A DNA stretch of 64,000 nt, taken from assembly GCA_948806215.1 (NCBI GenBank), contig CAQIDI010000003.1, forward strand, positions 27,948 through 91,947, read 5' to 3'. Numbering within the stretch: the stretch's first letter is position 1; each line of letters opens with the position of its first letter. This DNA comes from an uncultured Eubacteriales bacterium (lineage in GTDB: Bacteria > Bacillota > Clostridia > Christensenellales > UBA1242). Shown piece by piece: positions 34,101 to 38,900 of this stretch. The notes under the pieces are model-generated. The model ran no database searches and was not told the DNA's origin. It was given only the letters and a program-made list of their open reading frames with translations. A program made the position numbers and the translations under genes.

Positions 34101-35575
34101 GATAACTCACCTTCTTTTGCACCAACATCGGTAGTTAAATCAATTCCTTGAGTAACAATTTTAATAGGAATGGTTTTAACAACTTTGTTATATTTAACAC
34201 TTGTGATTGTTAATGTTAAATCAGATGGAACAGTTGTTAAATTATGTTTTAAATAGTATGTATAGTTTGCGCTAACACTTTCGTTAAATTGCAATTGGTT
34301 TCTCCAACGATCGTATAATTCAATTCTGTCTTCATAGCCAGAAAGTGATAATATAACATCTTCGTTGCTCATTAAACCAAATTCGTTATAAACATCAAAT
34401 TTAACTGGAGCACCAAATAAAACGCTATCGTAGTTTGCATAAATAACTAGTTCGTTTAATTCTTTATTGCCATCGGTTACTGTTATGCTTGTTGGATAAG
34501 CTAAAACATTAACATTAACAATTAATTGGCGAGTAAATTGTGTGTAGTTAGGAAAATCACGACGAGAAACATTTAAAATTAATTTATCTGTTCCAAGTCC
34601 GATTGCTTTAACTGTTAAAACACCTGTTGTTTTATCGATATCAATTTGAACAACACCTTTTTTAATTCCGTTTTCAACAATTAAACCTTCTTCGTTTAAA
34701 CCAACAACCGAAACAACATAATTTTCGGCATCGGCAGAGTTTAAGAAATCAACATAAATAATTTTTTCGTGCAAATCGGAAGTGTTAGAAGCAAGTTCTA
34801 AGAAATATTCTCCACGAGAATAAGTTAAAACTTTATCGTCGGAAGTATCGCCTATAACACCGGCATCGTGTTTAACCGAAAGTTGTTCGGTTGCAACTAA
34901 GCTAATAACCTTTGCTTGAGTTCTTGCAAAAATGCGATCGTTATAAATAGATTTTGCAACAACTTCAAAATCGGTTACATTACAATCGTTAGGAACAGTT
35001 ATTTTGCTACCATTTCTAATAATTTTAATTAACTCGTCGTTTTCACCTTGTTTAATAAGTTCAAGTTCAACTTCGGTTTGATTTGTGTTTTGTGGATAGT
35101 AGTTTAAAAATTGTGAAATATCGGTTTCAACACCCTTAACCACAGGGATTAATGTGTCGTTAAAATTTAATCCACTAATTTCTTTAACAACTTTTATTGT
35201 TATTTCGCTAGAAACATTACCCTCTAGGGTTACAACACTAACATTAACAGTGCCCGGTTCTTTTGCATAGAAAGTTCCGTAATAAACACCATTACTTATT
35301 TTTGTTGCACCTTGAGTTAGCTCGATTGAATCGTTTACAGGAACAGAAAAAGCAACAGCACCATCATAGCCCTTAGGCATACCAGTTGTTGTTGCAGTTA
35401 TTGTAAACACATTATCCTGAACATTATCACTAAGTGTAACAACGCCATTTGGCGCAGAAGTTGAAAGTGATAATTTTAGGTTTTTATATATGTTATCGTT
35501 ACACCCAGCCAAAAGCGATAGTGCACTAAACAAAATTAATGTTATTAAAACTAAACTCTTCCTAACGTTTTTCAT
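13160..35575 (-). CDS. Giant surface lipoprotein 1 (about 7,470-7,485 aa): Ig-like arrays, GLUG-like beta-helix units and a C-terminal Listeria-Bacteroides (InlB B-type) repeat array
   Basis: The ORF is uninterrupted over 13160..35617. The likely start is the ATG at 35575 (AAGGA SD 8-9 nt upstream, MKNVRKSLVLITLILFSALSLLAGC). The in-frame ATG at 35617 has no SD. It has a lipobox LLAGC, dozens of N-[VI]-G-G-[LIV]-[VIAF]-G repeats, and its own promoter and terminator. Confidence 0.9.
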   Translation of the reverse strand: MKNVRKSLVLITLILFSALSLLAGCNDNIYKNLKLSLSTSAPNGVVTLSDNVQDNVFTITATTTGMPKGYDGAVAFSVPVNDSIELTQGATKISNGVYYGTFYAKEPGTVNVSVVTLEGNVSSEITIKVVKEISGLNFNDTLIPVVKGVETDISQFLNYYPQNTNQTEVELELIKQGENDELIKIIRNGSKITVPNDCNVTDFEVVAKSIYNDRIFARTQAKVISLVATEQLSVKHDAGVIGDTSDDKVLTYSRGEYFLELASNTSDLHEKIIYVDFLNSADAENYVVSVVGLNEEGLIVENGIKKGVVQIDIDKTTGVLTVKAIGLGTDKLILNVSRRDFPNYTQFTRQLIVNVNVLAYPTSITVTDGNKELNELVIYANYDSVLFGAPVKFDVYNEFGLMSNEDVILSLSGYEDRIELYDRWRNQLQFNESVSANYTYYLKHNLTTVPSDLTLTITSVKYNKVVKTIPIKIVTQGIDLTTDVGAKEGELSLDINVTDPTVVGISGLPNGYDYRNLTVDYDENMLNLTQTNARISISPKNQIGKTNLTITAPNGSRVRYVISLYESLELESTNLKIAGQIISPYELTNSDPINVTVKNNLVLPIMFTVNGKEYSALPDVLDYSADSENRDVVRVATGYKLATQNISGSSLITIRITGYDNFGSKTRVATFRIRISVHIPLSEISVAKREVTIYDYNEINIEQKQLYGTHKIVLNTQPSYATYTFEDLEWLVNFNGISYNLKQLAELTVNGDVYTYVLRTSNVTTITLVTNINNFTEATVYCSLGSTSSASFTVSARIKQSFINESGILIDATKQIDIKFEVIKPIAVEYFVFDNVETKVVNNYAREYFVTFDERELGYTDSGYTTNNVREINFQVYPQNALYKDLDVRCSVPGAIEVKINNTTGVLTITAKNKILSEYGTALITVWAKDSVNVVGGMGDLYTEITVRILNGTKFAPFEITNTNDLLKINQSMNAYFVLADNISVGEWQPIGYTNHDLVVPFTGYLSGKNKTYDVNGNVLEERQYYLSNLQVTGSYSYMGLFAMLGRNGVLEDIVINGVYINNPAIVDSLNYYVGSLVGYSEGVIKNVTISDLSGVDNFNGAYFDNLDTTIIQNRGISISPSVSMQGKQNVFVGGVVGFVNNTTLNEFGSTAGRLSTANENIGSYSYTNAEILLQKATQETKPQIVDVNVSIEINVDAKGSVAYVGGIAGFNNKAIITKTLNDISGSGISQADVVVCINSRVINERNDNSAFGGAVGFNNGEISNYTIKALIPSNKAIESSKALNNVGGVVGYNAGVIENNISNPLVRGNNNVGGLVGVSENTVVNFVTRKYNFINGIDLANNSALVEFNKNLQIEYVNYSNIMARVNRDDYNNDELTLYDIFAKEFNVSLSDSIEDLGNRELFNQFVNYYLAGNQGKNREHMVILKVENTNLNSGVSPSVTYVYKSNVNAGNYSLEKSGSNITINTTKEIVSVQEVVETLNNAKINYVTGNNVELLETEKLADYKTGVLGYNNVGGLIGKYSGLYYQTPADNEEDTATGILNKNLIFAVDADTGRKPLSSNMKIEFVNTLEYNSVYSYYLDSTLIDKWNTNVSSTNEYFGDIVLEKALNNSNKYNVGGLIGESNNAYIQYNSVNAGVAANNANIGGLVGSASNVIQIADSYFAGAILNSPESQTEAERLSRGTLIGSAQNAQQTGLNYGEWMDINSNNVIDSNDRVTHYYAPYAVTSKYTNKEYFNNIVNSYFFGNYNNEDGIEVVGNNKSSKNYYKMLDNHIDPNALLKFVVDESQPVYNVSYQNENYLYFGYETGYSIMGMFKTTTSGSVIPDAVWEKIKLYEKVLTLSDPSDFYPDTDKNSSVRQSFNPYEITVDADLNGINDIDQSNGFDDAYSRLSNYSWYGYADINNGLPVLLSRQRIRKTDEYNFAIKLLVNFPPKSIKVETNSNMANIWTQKGKNVSTIYYYSLSSTNYDSNGKLDFGISNLLSSEVESYTNLLKEELKGYNTYSIEKVLTSNPVPAFIGKDSFNVTSSNSQILSVEKVNGIRKLVAKGTGVVDLYISSSYNTKLTEKVTVNVVNAINNSELSYYTSGNKNIVKSNSEIVVSKSTPSNQQTFILNNSLVGKFDFAFGKGSKTFDLNQNNASGIRYYYVADKTFTINNENVNGYSLLHENALTDSGALPQITINNKTFTQEWLQVEDSKTTIKNYYVYYIDVPTGSTTNIIGLNESNTKLLAVPYFVSVDELGNAVNTPLINITSYNVVNSITYNYKSTNGYVLINNVPVAGIADHRIDGYDEDGNENIIEESIIKLSENAREIDIKDYINNFVTLFNVKVVNSSYSVKTSVNNVNFFVQQPISFYVDIKTDNKNAILYLTYYGNSGEERTIAVSKVVGGNLEREMNPLTISGLTLSLASIDYSSFDNADVTEKYVRYYFNLEVKDEDKLDIQDVVSKTYNFFIVKDNVSVNYDPTNSFVVSDLSEITLSSSSVNVTLNPQEIVNISLKHYPKGEANTEVNENGEQTTIFDLGEEAYDNIIPGFTGVLKINISPVFANFDEVVLTSSTSQGSVVWFNQVLANMALNSNGEYVYDGSYSTISGSHDILGRIVLTKQSNKLANGNINFDGFIYVKTLINSFVSESGEFTLTAQAYKNGVALKSQSITLSVKTTPTLNLHVNGRDSAAVARGTSLSFSADHEGIEGEVDFSGSYAYRIINGVESVLGGYGTFFDISKQGNNYVLDTNLTLNSQAYICVKGTIRKEINGEIYEKSDVLRIKVSDFVIESIGVENVTNGNFVGLFNQTYGLVLRITNYTCHPSLQTIVEGQVKELEKQFSSVDNKLSESGAWYTGSEQNHGTIKLGTNPTETFVFSKMSSTDLDNETVYSIRNIRFNSGDRLLARAMYCYTDEGIKPILDTDMYHLYESNEFTYDRYFEFGFGFYRVRTEDNPDPIATVEEFKAMESGVDYILVNDLELNDWEPFSADLNINSLDGNGYVITINSFKLDAKPDNDAALIDKTFGIFTQINSETVIKNLIIEVKPNKSISINNEAADKTSVNGDLNIDATAYKNITFGLLAGVNYGMVTNVQVTNNADWLKYERELIIARASADNPDYAKYWSSGKFDELKFAADVAGKYNYIVDEDKTTDEKIIYKNQENIGRDLSIVKVNTTITTDSQEHYMGVLVGKNDVSSTSTGNAMGYITNSSVDNITINGIGYVGGFAAYNAGKISTSYYKGANIINRAGESDSKNSATSGFVVFNTGSNASIQYSYVEGRLGDGDNFQLSVDEKFITKANSDKTGLTDSMKSGYAGYAYNENAKDNADFNYNIAGLRAMNSAISSATEASAFVYENNANISNSYANILVKSSMKTSGFVFSNKEAGTINSCFTLSSVLVNNMDASPFTGRNSQYDYNNVTPNSITDCHYLKLGSSSTDSDSEKEYKDVFLDEGELATGIGAGDFDEYNTFQSFAFNTDFNLNSEQEVIRSVWFIPTRGTDAIYEANFKHNFYSLSRPQLVAANLKTQSIRVWAGTDSSDENKYNYVSTVIGEDISNPILVKSAENFNSYLNYESSINDDERNFAIRLISDIAFNKTDLTARTYNMEYYGDLDGNGMNISELRLIADKDFESQNKTVEYLGLFGRIITKDKDTKKEQRGVVRNLNINVSEVKGSDVTFVGALAGQIENANVFNINITGDEVIQGRNVVGGLAGLVSGDSEIVNISSSLSAKAAYYKYPNLFKATNSLLDDSSYGSYEIFNKTEDNGIVSIKNAKTISYAGGIIGIFDVDARPSDEQNKRSLFNAKARSLEVSGNVTLVGEVVGGVFGAIGVDSTASEISFIVSDNAEPELIASRVAGGVVGENRGSLERALISQTLETQKKIDNEYKASATGTGYKIINKGYSNLFSGNAHFIGGLVGFNNGGQITNSYSKVNVSNIDSLYAGGVAGLNTGGKIAYVYTTSSVNAFRGVGGFIGLHTEAPVTLDDNKQLSFKEEIIKFLFLDTKSGNVEAHILPNSNTTISNIVAANVWREEDLYTDRSLLYNNTALKIGAIFGNIIMNKGSGDNINPKPNAYNLSKAFANFSPAGSRKLGNETIYFVQPLINRPLGTVLGTGTTAKNNEKLLMPEIGAIGNSKEINDLDSSSEYIDGDARIKDNLISYAGFSDVEKTKDNSGNVAECFYYSRMQNIGSARTMLEVFETKLNATDATVWGDNEISKPENLAYVNDAKGLFANWSSDYWTGLRKTSDGDDEVTPDDIATAFPYLEPKAIKSRVLVYNANQLAQMEDYKNAEFILQNDIDLSILKNWQAVGTQSDPFEGSIHSQSKPDGGYYNFKIYDSKKTVNFLPSSDFLGLLGVVNDASFHHFTLEDLTFTNSAVYAGSLFALAQSKATVNEVVANKITMQLEACTVGGLIGYGGGTKITNSLVKESTITVNKFTDTNIDVNNDKLVSYSTSYRNSLYGFGGVAGMIDSDESEIVLANGVELNDVSITIGNSSNILNGILKNKNEYAKNLSIGGAFGVVNPRGMSSLGIAGINATKVQINANIKPNDSFNNISVGGLVGYTNSASLTSYVGEQENEDGSVSNTYVFGNSIKDASHINVNVSNNYKYVLNVGGAVGALGGDINVLGLENILVESSTDNSFITVNNTTGGDTAETNIGGVAGKVNNFDIRNLTTNFNSIKVDVNGISKTTVGGLVGVASNCSNISNSLADINSINVEPSESDTSKLTSVGGAIGIVDMHYDLTNITPVIGKVNRVVANVDLIKSTSKNTPSSGIKTTKNIGGLIGTIYNGEISESVSNSNIEINGKGYPEYIRYNLGGLVGVADIDYANKVSNSDLNKNYSKVLIQNNYTTGYIQDEAVLIGPQTNDGLIIGSINYAYKTRDVVGISSLFEMYNNYSIGNYVGDYVYFSTKKGGVVGGITTTDSANYNQTSDSYNSYKNSTNIKLIENYYNQDFVPYSNNFGTALNTEQMLFGSSDTFKSDLKAWSKEYWNISDNSYPLLKWIEEGITDKLGTEVKGVEFKNESDGNSIGQITSGYVVNENIDELNLINFKRVADLQASGLKVKPANGIADAISSIFTSNYTGGNIAGKTYYFKNGAGLGASVTTVDNKSILYGLTTTGFKIKENEGFITKVNTKDGNSLIAGTNSHNAGIIFNVDGSGFAIANNTGLIDTLKSNAAITNDSSGIINNASIVGNTINNYDGIVKNSLTTSGANNKTIKIYSDNGTCNEFTVDDKNNVTHSVSKYNNNNGKFNLSYFLKENGNQFDFDKIWTIIIPDQETANQTKFRFGLPMLQIDLKSDLRNERMDDEYYWANDNIVNETNTGSNNYAKLNNYDYYLKNIYNSSSILIREEEDLAAVAAYSNYGYKVVDISNAEVSLNDYYRETVSGYGIGLTTEKYEFGLKIKTTHNLLNYNNIVLTLPAVTDPSKEVSLNFYNKLWTPIGFGADNISDENLVTGSGNNAKYLKSSIVGEGTYSNLFAGKISGNKYSFVGLSAIGVNRNVGLFGSVEVPKDTAIDESQNFADTFANDILIKDSNFISVSKNNGISSTGTLAGFVYVNKSQQTYFTSKVGVENSNIYATQTASGLIGKVTFANTSNNKLIIYKVYVNSSVYGNNTSGLAYTYCGGTSATNNAVFADQVYYIGELSGKEKLTSMTSMLSTYSKNSLFMGNENTQTKSNNVYAVDYYDTNAMLASVVSFMFGGTCDQVITIVKLGTGMLDGFDWISTWVRTMPGEYPTFSTKVEYWIKNYIRPDEDIGEIKDGTTVVKFTPGTINKSTKTITINPHPYKFMVETVNNIDRKTPVYGPQQLAWIAYVVNNGGVDEQGYDYDNFNGWTIKINGSMNFGGMVWTPIGYYSSLSDNEAFKGILIGNGDIRLENVMSTSVYAIDDTNTITGVEALTNDSLGLVGYAVNATIQNLTVESGIIYGGENIGTIVGYAVDTSIINCANGNPEHPEEDKTFVGGYSNVGGIVGYYRNNKTEPLNISTNTNRAAVQYSANYKEDTDKPENFGGIAGLVYGNVIIKDDYNIKTVRGNINVGGLVGKIINGVTVDCSGNLNSNNTGNVSGYDNVGGIVGYVADNKSIITSVTNSGKIIGYNSAYVGGIAGTTNGNITLAVNNGSVSADNSAGIVAKIENTDVYINNVLNTAAATNGIAYSLPNGFDASMFGLCVTTSGNPLGAINLAKPYTAVFNSVNSYTSTAFSYGDDSNKINVTYKNIIEQNPYWSYGSNITLNYSYKDTSLTMTPPSIVNGQFRIDTEAKFNYVNFLIKTNFMNSSTSKVIKPIYLQTLSLSNGFKTLASNTAYPIKVDVTGTSVSVASGNNGAKSILGYAYNNTIQNITFVNNGSNTSNRFDDGVGALLIAGHNVKLNNINAGNDTTIYYPNNNFGTLAANLFNSEVVSCISKGFILSYNSSNIGGLIGNTFDNTRISKCTNTAYINYEPKNGNFTNPSRVSSSTGTNIGGIVGVANDTTIGYEGTTANKNCSNTQNIFAGSNIGGIVGYATNNSKISANNSAKNIRGTNYVGGIVGKINHSSINNSINTGRVEVSSSYVGGITGYAENSSEVVGNTNNFIVVGNDAVGGIVGYSSYSKINSNTADTNSVAGALSYDLSYGCGGIVGYATYGELNNNLSKGFGGYVSSYDSMYLTYNMDSYDGYSSRTASDVYSGYRIGYYNGFSGPFKFGTIFGNLDSRDNGFYLKPYTDKNNNQSNNAKSTKFVDQYTEYYGKGNADSVGGFTGKQCGVRYYSRIANPNGNGEGEIYNESATMFKGGYNLSTKDDLTLQNMCYSGGFLWIGGDYGFTVSLGRSTNYIGSDSEPFPGVKSYTVKYFDSVNPNAVQTKRVVEGGTAVYISDVYRSKYELVGWKTSDGLEYDFSKPVTGDLNLYAIWQRAGVYVVKFDLQGGTGNIPDQTLDEGDNVPEPNNPTKPGLSFGGWYTMPYGEAYKYYENNKNNDITDADGKPVNSFNDFWKIVKFDFKKYEINANITIYAHWSQAVVTFMNDSTDDAGVFLTQKVNFGGVISEPASSPTKPSMAFQHWAIKDGDNFIMYNWNTPINSDLILYPVFSSSVVNVTYYKEDGVTIDKNYGTNGVLVLSKGAKLDLPTMPTKPSYKFDGWYTKSYSQYLASGDTKPYSTYKITFPLTVNADISIYQYFVTIPFTVRFVDEEGILLSDVPNQIVHTGGNVSRPTDPVKEGYNFVGWFTTATGNEQFIFSGNEDAFVVMDHINIYAHFEIKTFSVTFVDANGTKIDEEDFGMANPIIVDWNSTVVNPGEIANPADTSMLFRGWYSERKNNSLSGFDYDKLLFDFENTKITSNIFIYGYWEPADTTYTVSFVDSLGNSLTGDAFISQKVGFGQSASRPTDNPVDPSDSENTFNNWYIRNSEGEFVLFDFEQTKIRNDLIIYALWDKPVYNVNFVDIDGMPFPSEIIIQVKKGDKIDITQYPELQAPPIPEGKTFVGWYKIMYDPGFTGNYDDYIFNFDNEEITSDLVLYAYYE
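13163..15185 (-). repeat. Eight tandem protein repeats of about 75-100 aa of the Listeria-Bacteroides repeat type (Flg_new / InlB B-repeat), forming the C-terminus of giant 1
   Basis: Each unit starts with a beta strand ([YF]-[TSN]-V-x-F) and carries F-x-G-W-[YF] followed by [LI]-x-[LI]-Y-A-x-[WF]. Examples are YELVGWKTSDGLEYDF...LNLYAIWQ, LSFGGWYTMP...ITIYAHWS, YKFDGWYTKS...ISIYQYF, YNFVGWFTTA...INIYAHFE, LFRGWYSER...IFIYGYWE and KTFVGWYKIM...LVLYAYYE. Confidence 0.7.
15190..26780 (-). other. Giant 1: run of about six GLUG-like beta-helix units (approximate bounds)
   Basis: N-cap-like modules lie near nt 26780 (PDPIATVEEFKAM...LVNDLELNDWEPF...LDGNGYVITINSF), 24975 (NPILVKSAENF...GDLDGNGMNISELRL), 22830 (VLVYNANQLAQM...LQNDIDLS..WQAVG), 19615, 18240 and 16900. 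Each is followed by many GG[LIV][VIA]G turns. Confidence 0.55.
26800..29790 (-). other. Giant 1: second Ig-like / beta-sandwich array (approximate bounds)
   Basis: Non-GLUG sequence made of repeated beta-rich segments of about 90-110 aa, such as SFNVTSSNSQILSVEKVNGIRKLVAKGTGVVDLYISS...VTVNVV. It is collinear with 45220..47860 of giant 2. Confidence 0.45.
29800..32720 (-). other. Giant 1: first GLUG-like beta-helix unit (approximate bounds)
   Basis: Starts with PFEITNTNDLLKINQSMNAYFVLADNISVGEWQPIG (nt about 32720..32600). It contains VGSLVGY, VGGVVGF, VGGIAGF, VGGVVGY, VGGLVGV, VGGLIGK and similar turns, and ends with W..NNGLPVLL. Confidence 0.55.
32740..35500 (-). other. Giant 1: N-terminal Ig-like (Big_2-like) domain array (approximate bounds)
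   Basis: Big_2-like signatures include ISGLNFNDTLIPVVKGVETDISQFLNYYPQNTNQTEVELEL and FQVYPQNALYKDLDVRCSVPGAIEVKINNTTGVLTITAKN. Confidence 0.5.
35501..35575 (-). other. Lipoprotein signal peptide and lipobox of giant 1 (L-L-A-G-C, Cys codon 35503..35501)
   Basis: MKNVRKSLVLITLILFSALSLLAG|CNDN has a positive n-region, a hydrophobic core and a canonical [LVI][ASTVI][GAS]C lipobox. Confidence 0.75.
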
Positions 35576-35667
35576 AAAATTTGTCCTTGAAATTAATATA
35601 GTTTTTGCTTTTTTCATATTTATTATTTATATAATATATTATATATATAATAATACGGCCTACATAG

Positions 35668-35696
35668 AGTATAATGTTATGCGTTTTATATGTCAA
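35668..35696 (-). promoter_or_regulatory. sigmaA-type promoter of giant gene 1
   Basis: Minus strand reads TTGACA (35696..35691), a 17-nt spacer, then TATACT (35673..35668). Confidence 0.6.
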
Positions 35697-35951
35697 TTAA
35701 AAATATTTGTTTTAACATTTTTCGATAGTTTTTTTAAAATTAAAAATAAAAAAAATTATAACTAAATTTTATTAATTTTTATAATTTTTTATGGTTAAAT
35801 TAACCATATTTTTTTAATATTTTTTATTGTTTTTTTATGTTAAATTTACATAAATTTTATATAATTTTGTGAGTTTAATTTAATAATTATAAAGTAAATA
35901 TTTAATGTTTTTTTAACCGAAAAATGTAAAAATCTTGCAATAAATTGCAAC

Positions 35952-35981
35952 AAAAAAAGTGCTAAATTTAGCACTTTTTTT
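35952..35981 (-). terminator. Rho-independent terminator after giant gene 2
   Basis: A7-GUGCUAAAUUUAGCAC-U7, a perfect palindrome lying 4 nt after the TAA stop (35986..35988). Confidence 0.8.
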
Positions 35982-35985
35982 GTTG

Positions 35986-38900
35986 TTAAATATTTGTATA
36001 GCTTACTTCTCCAAATCTTTTACCATGTTTATTCAAATCTGTAGGATACATATTTTCCCATAAACCTCCACGCCAATGTATTTCTTGACTTCTAACATTG
36101 GAGATTTTTTGATAAGAAACATACTCCATTCCTTGATAAGCATAATTAGTATAAAGATTTTTTAAAATTGCTAAACCTTCAGCTTTATTAGGTACAACTG
36201 AACATTTTTTCATTTGCGATTCAAATAAAGCAGCCATTCCCTCTGTTCCATTTGCACCTGCCTCAATATAACTAATAGGTTCATATCCATTTTCATAAGC
36301 AATAGAATATCCTGCAGCAATATAAGTTAACACATTTAACATATGTGTTGAACAATTTTGCTCGGCTACTGATTTATTATATTCTCTAAACTTATTATAA
36401 TCATCTGTTCCGTTATTAAATGCAAATATACCATTGTTTTGATAAGCATTTAAAGTTCGTTGGATTATTCGTTTTTCTAAATACCATTTCCATTGGTTTT
36501 TACCACTCCAATCGTCCCAGAACCTATTAACAGCATATAATGTGCCTTTATCTGTTATACCATTAATGCATCCATTATTTACAATAATATTGCTTTGTGA
36601 GGCAACTGAACTAGTTCCTCCAGTTATAAAGCCAAAGTAAAGTTTAAATGTTCCACCGTGATCTATTTTAGATGCGCGCGCATCTAATCCGCCATATTCA
36701 ACTGCAAAATAACCGCGTTGTTCATCTAATCTATTATCAGTATTTGTTCCCATAAAGTAACCATTTAAACTTCTTTTTGAATTTATAGTTACGCATCCAA
36801 GATAAGAATCATACGGATTGCTTTTTATAGATGTAAGTACAGAATTATAATCAGAATTAGCACCGGCATATAAGTTTTTGCCATCGCCATCGTATTCGTC
36901 CATTTCTTTATTGCTCTTATAATATAAATTGTTATTATAAACTTCGCAATTAGCTAACGAACCTCTATTTTGATAACCAATAGCCCCACCAACAAGCCTT
37001 GAACCATAAATAACGTTATTTTTTGAATCTGCATATCTTATAGTTCCGCCATTTTGGAAGCCAACAATTCCACCAACAGCAAAGTTCAAGTTAATACCAG
37101 AATAAGCAATGGTTGAATTGTTAATTGAAACTCTTCCGACTCCAGCATTTTCTAGAGTTGTAGAATCTGACATATATCCAACCATTCCACCAAGTGCAAT
37201 TGCTCCAATGCCATTATTGTTATTAACAACATCTAAATATTGAATATTTGTTTGAACAGTATAATTAATTCTTGCTGTGCTAAATAATCCACCAACAATA
37301 CCACCAGAATAAGAGTTTGCCGAAATAGTAACTTTACCATTGCTACTTCCAATTGGGTAACAATCCTCTATTAAAGCATTGCTATCGGCACTAGTTCTTC
37401 CAACAATACCACCAGCAAATGAACCTGAGCCTATAGAATTATTTATTATACTAATCTTGCTTGAAACATTATTTTTAAATATTCCGCTATCTATTGTTGT
37501 TGCAATACTAATATCATTTTTGTTATTAGCGATAATAGAAGAACTTGAAACAACAGTGCAATTTTTTAGTTTTGCAGAACTTGCAACATAACCCGCAATA
37601 CCGCCAACTTGTTTTTTAGCTGTAACTCGACCGCTATATTTAGCCGATGTTATTTCGGTATTATAAGCAAAACCAACAACGCCACCAACATTTAAGCCAT
37701 TATTGGCATCAACTGTAACCATAACATTAGTGGTACTATCATTTAATAAAATTCTACCATTTTTAGCATAACCTATTAAACCACCAACATTATTAGAATC
37801 GGTTGCTGTAATTGTAGATGTTCCTATAACTTTAACATCGTTTAATGTAATGCCACTTGCAAAACCTGCAATAATACCAACGCCATAAGTTTCTCCAACC
37901 CTATCACCAATATCGCTAGCAGTGTTTGTTACTTCAGCATTCTTAATTGTTAGGTTAGAAATTTCTTTTCCTTCAATTTTAATAAACCAACCAACACGAT
38001 TAGCACTTTGGCTTTTTATTTTTAGATTAGAAATTGTGTAACCATTACCATAAATATTATGTTTTAATTCATCTTGTGGATTAATAAAATCAATATCTAT
38101 AGTATTACTTGAAATTCCTTTGTTAACGCCATTCATATCTATGTTATTAACAATATCGTAATTAACACCTGTAATATCATATTTATTTAGGTTATTAATT
38201 TGTCCTTTATGCCAAATAACAAATCGGTTTTTATTATTTAATGTATTTATTTGAATACCATTAATAATTGTTGGATATCCGTAATTATATTTAACGCTTG
38301 CATTTTCGAAACTTGTAACAATTGTTTGTGTTCTTAAAGCATAATCTGTGAATAGCGAATTTAACATATCGCTAGTTAGAACATATCTTGCTTTATCATA
38401 AGGCTGACTAACAGTTTGACTTAAATTATATTTACTCGAGTCTTTCTCAGTACTCAATGCATCGTAATCGTAATAGCAATTAATTAATGTGCCAGAGCCA
38501 GCATAAACTAATGCATTCTTTCCAACTTTTTCTGGGTTATAAGAACCTGCATAATAAGAGGTTTCTATTACACCATCGTTACTATAAGCTAAGCCCGCAG
38601 ATGGAGCATTAAGAACAAAGTTTGAAGTAGCACTAGTGTTAATAAACGAACTTGTGCTGTAGCAATCCTTAATATAAGCTGATCCACTCTTTGTAGAATT
38701 TGAAATGTTTTGTGTAACAAATCCGCTATAACTATTTGCTTTAATGTTTCCATTATAAGCAAGCATAATCATACTTCCGCTAGCAACAATGTTTGAATAA
38801 TTTGTTTGTACAAACATTGCCAGAGTACCATTATCACTAATAGGTGCGCTTGTTAATTCTAAATATCCAGTAGTAACAACATTTATAATGTTACCATTAT

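Noticed and set aside
35576-35617. 14-codon N-terminal extension of giant 1 (MKKAKTILISRTNF)
   Set aside because: The upstream ATG has no SD, whereas the ATG at 35575 has AAGGA at proper spacing and yields a canonical lipoprotein signal peptide. The extension is kept only as an alternative start.
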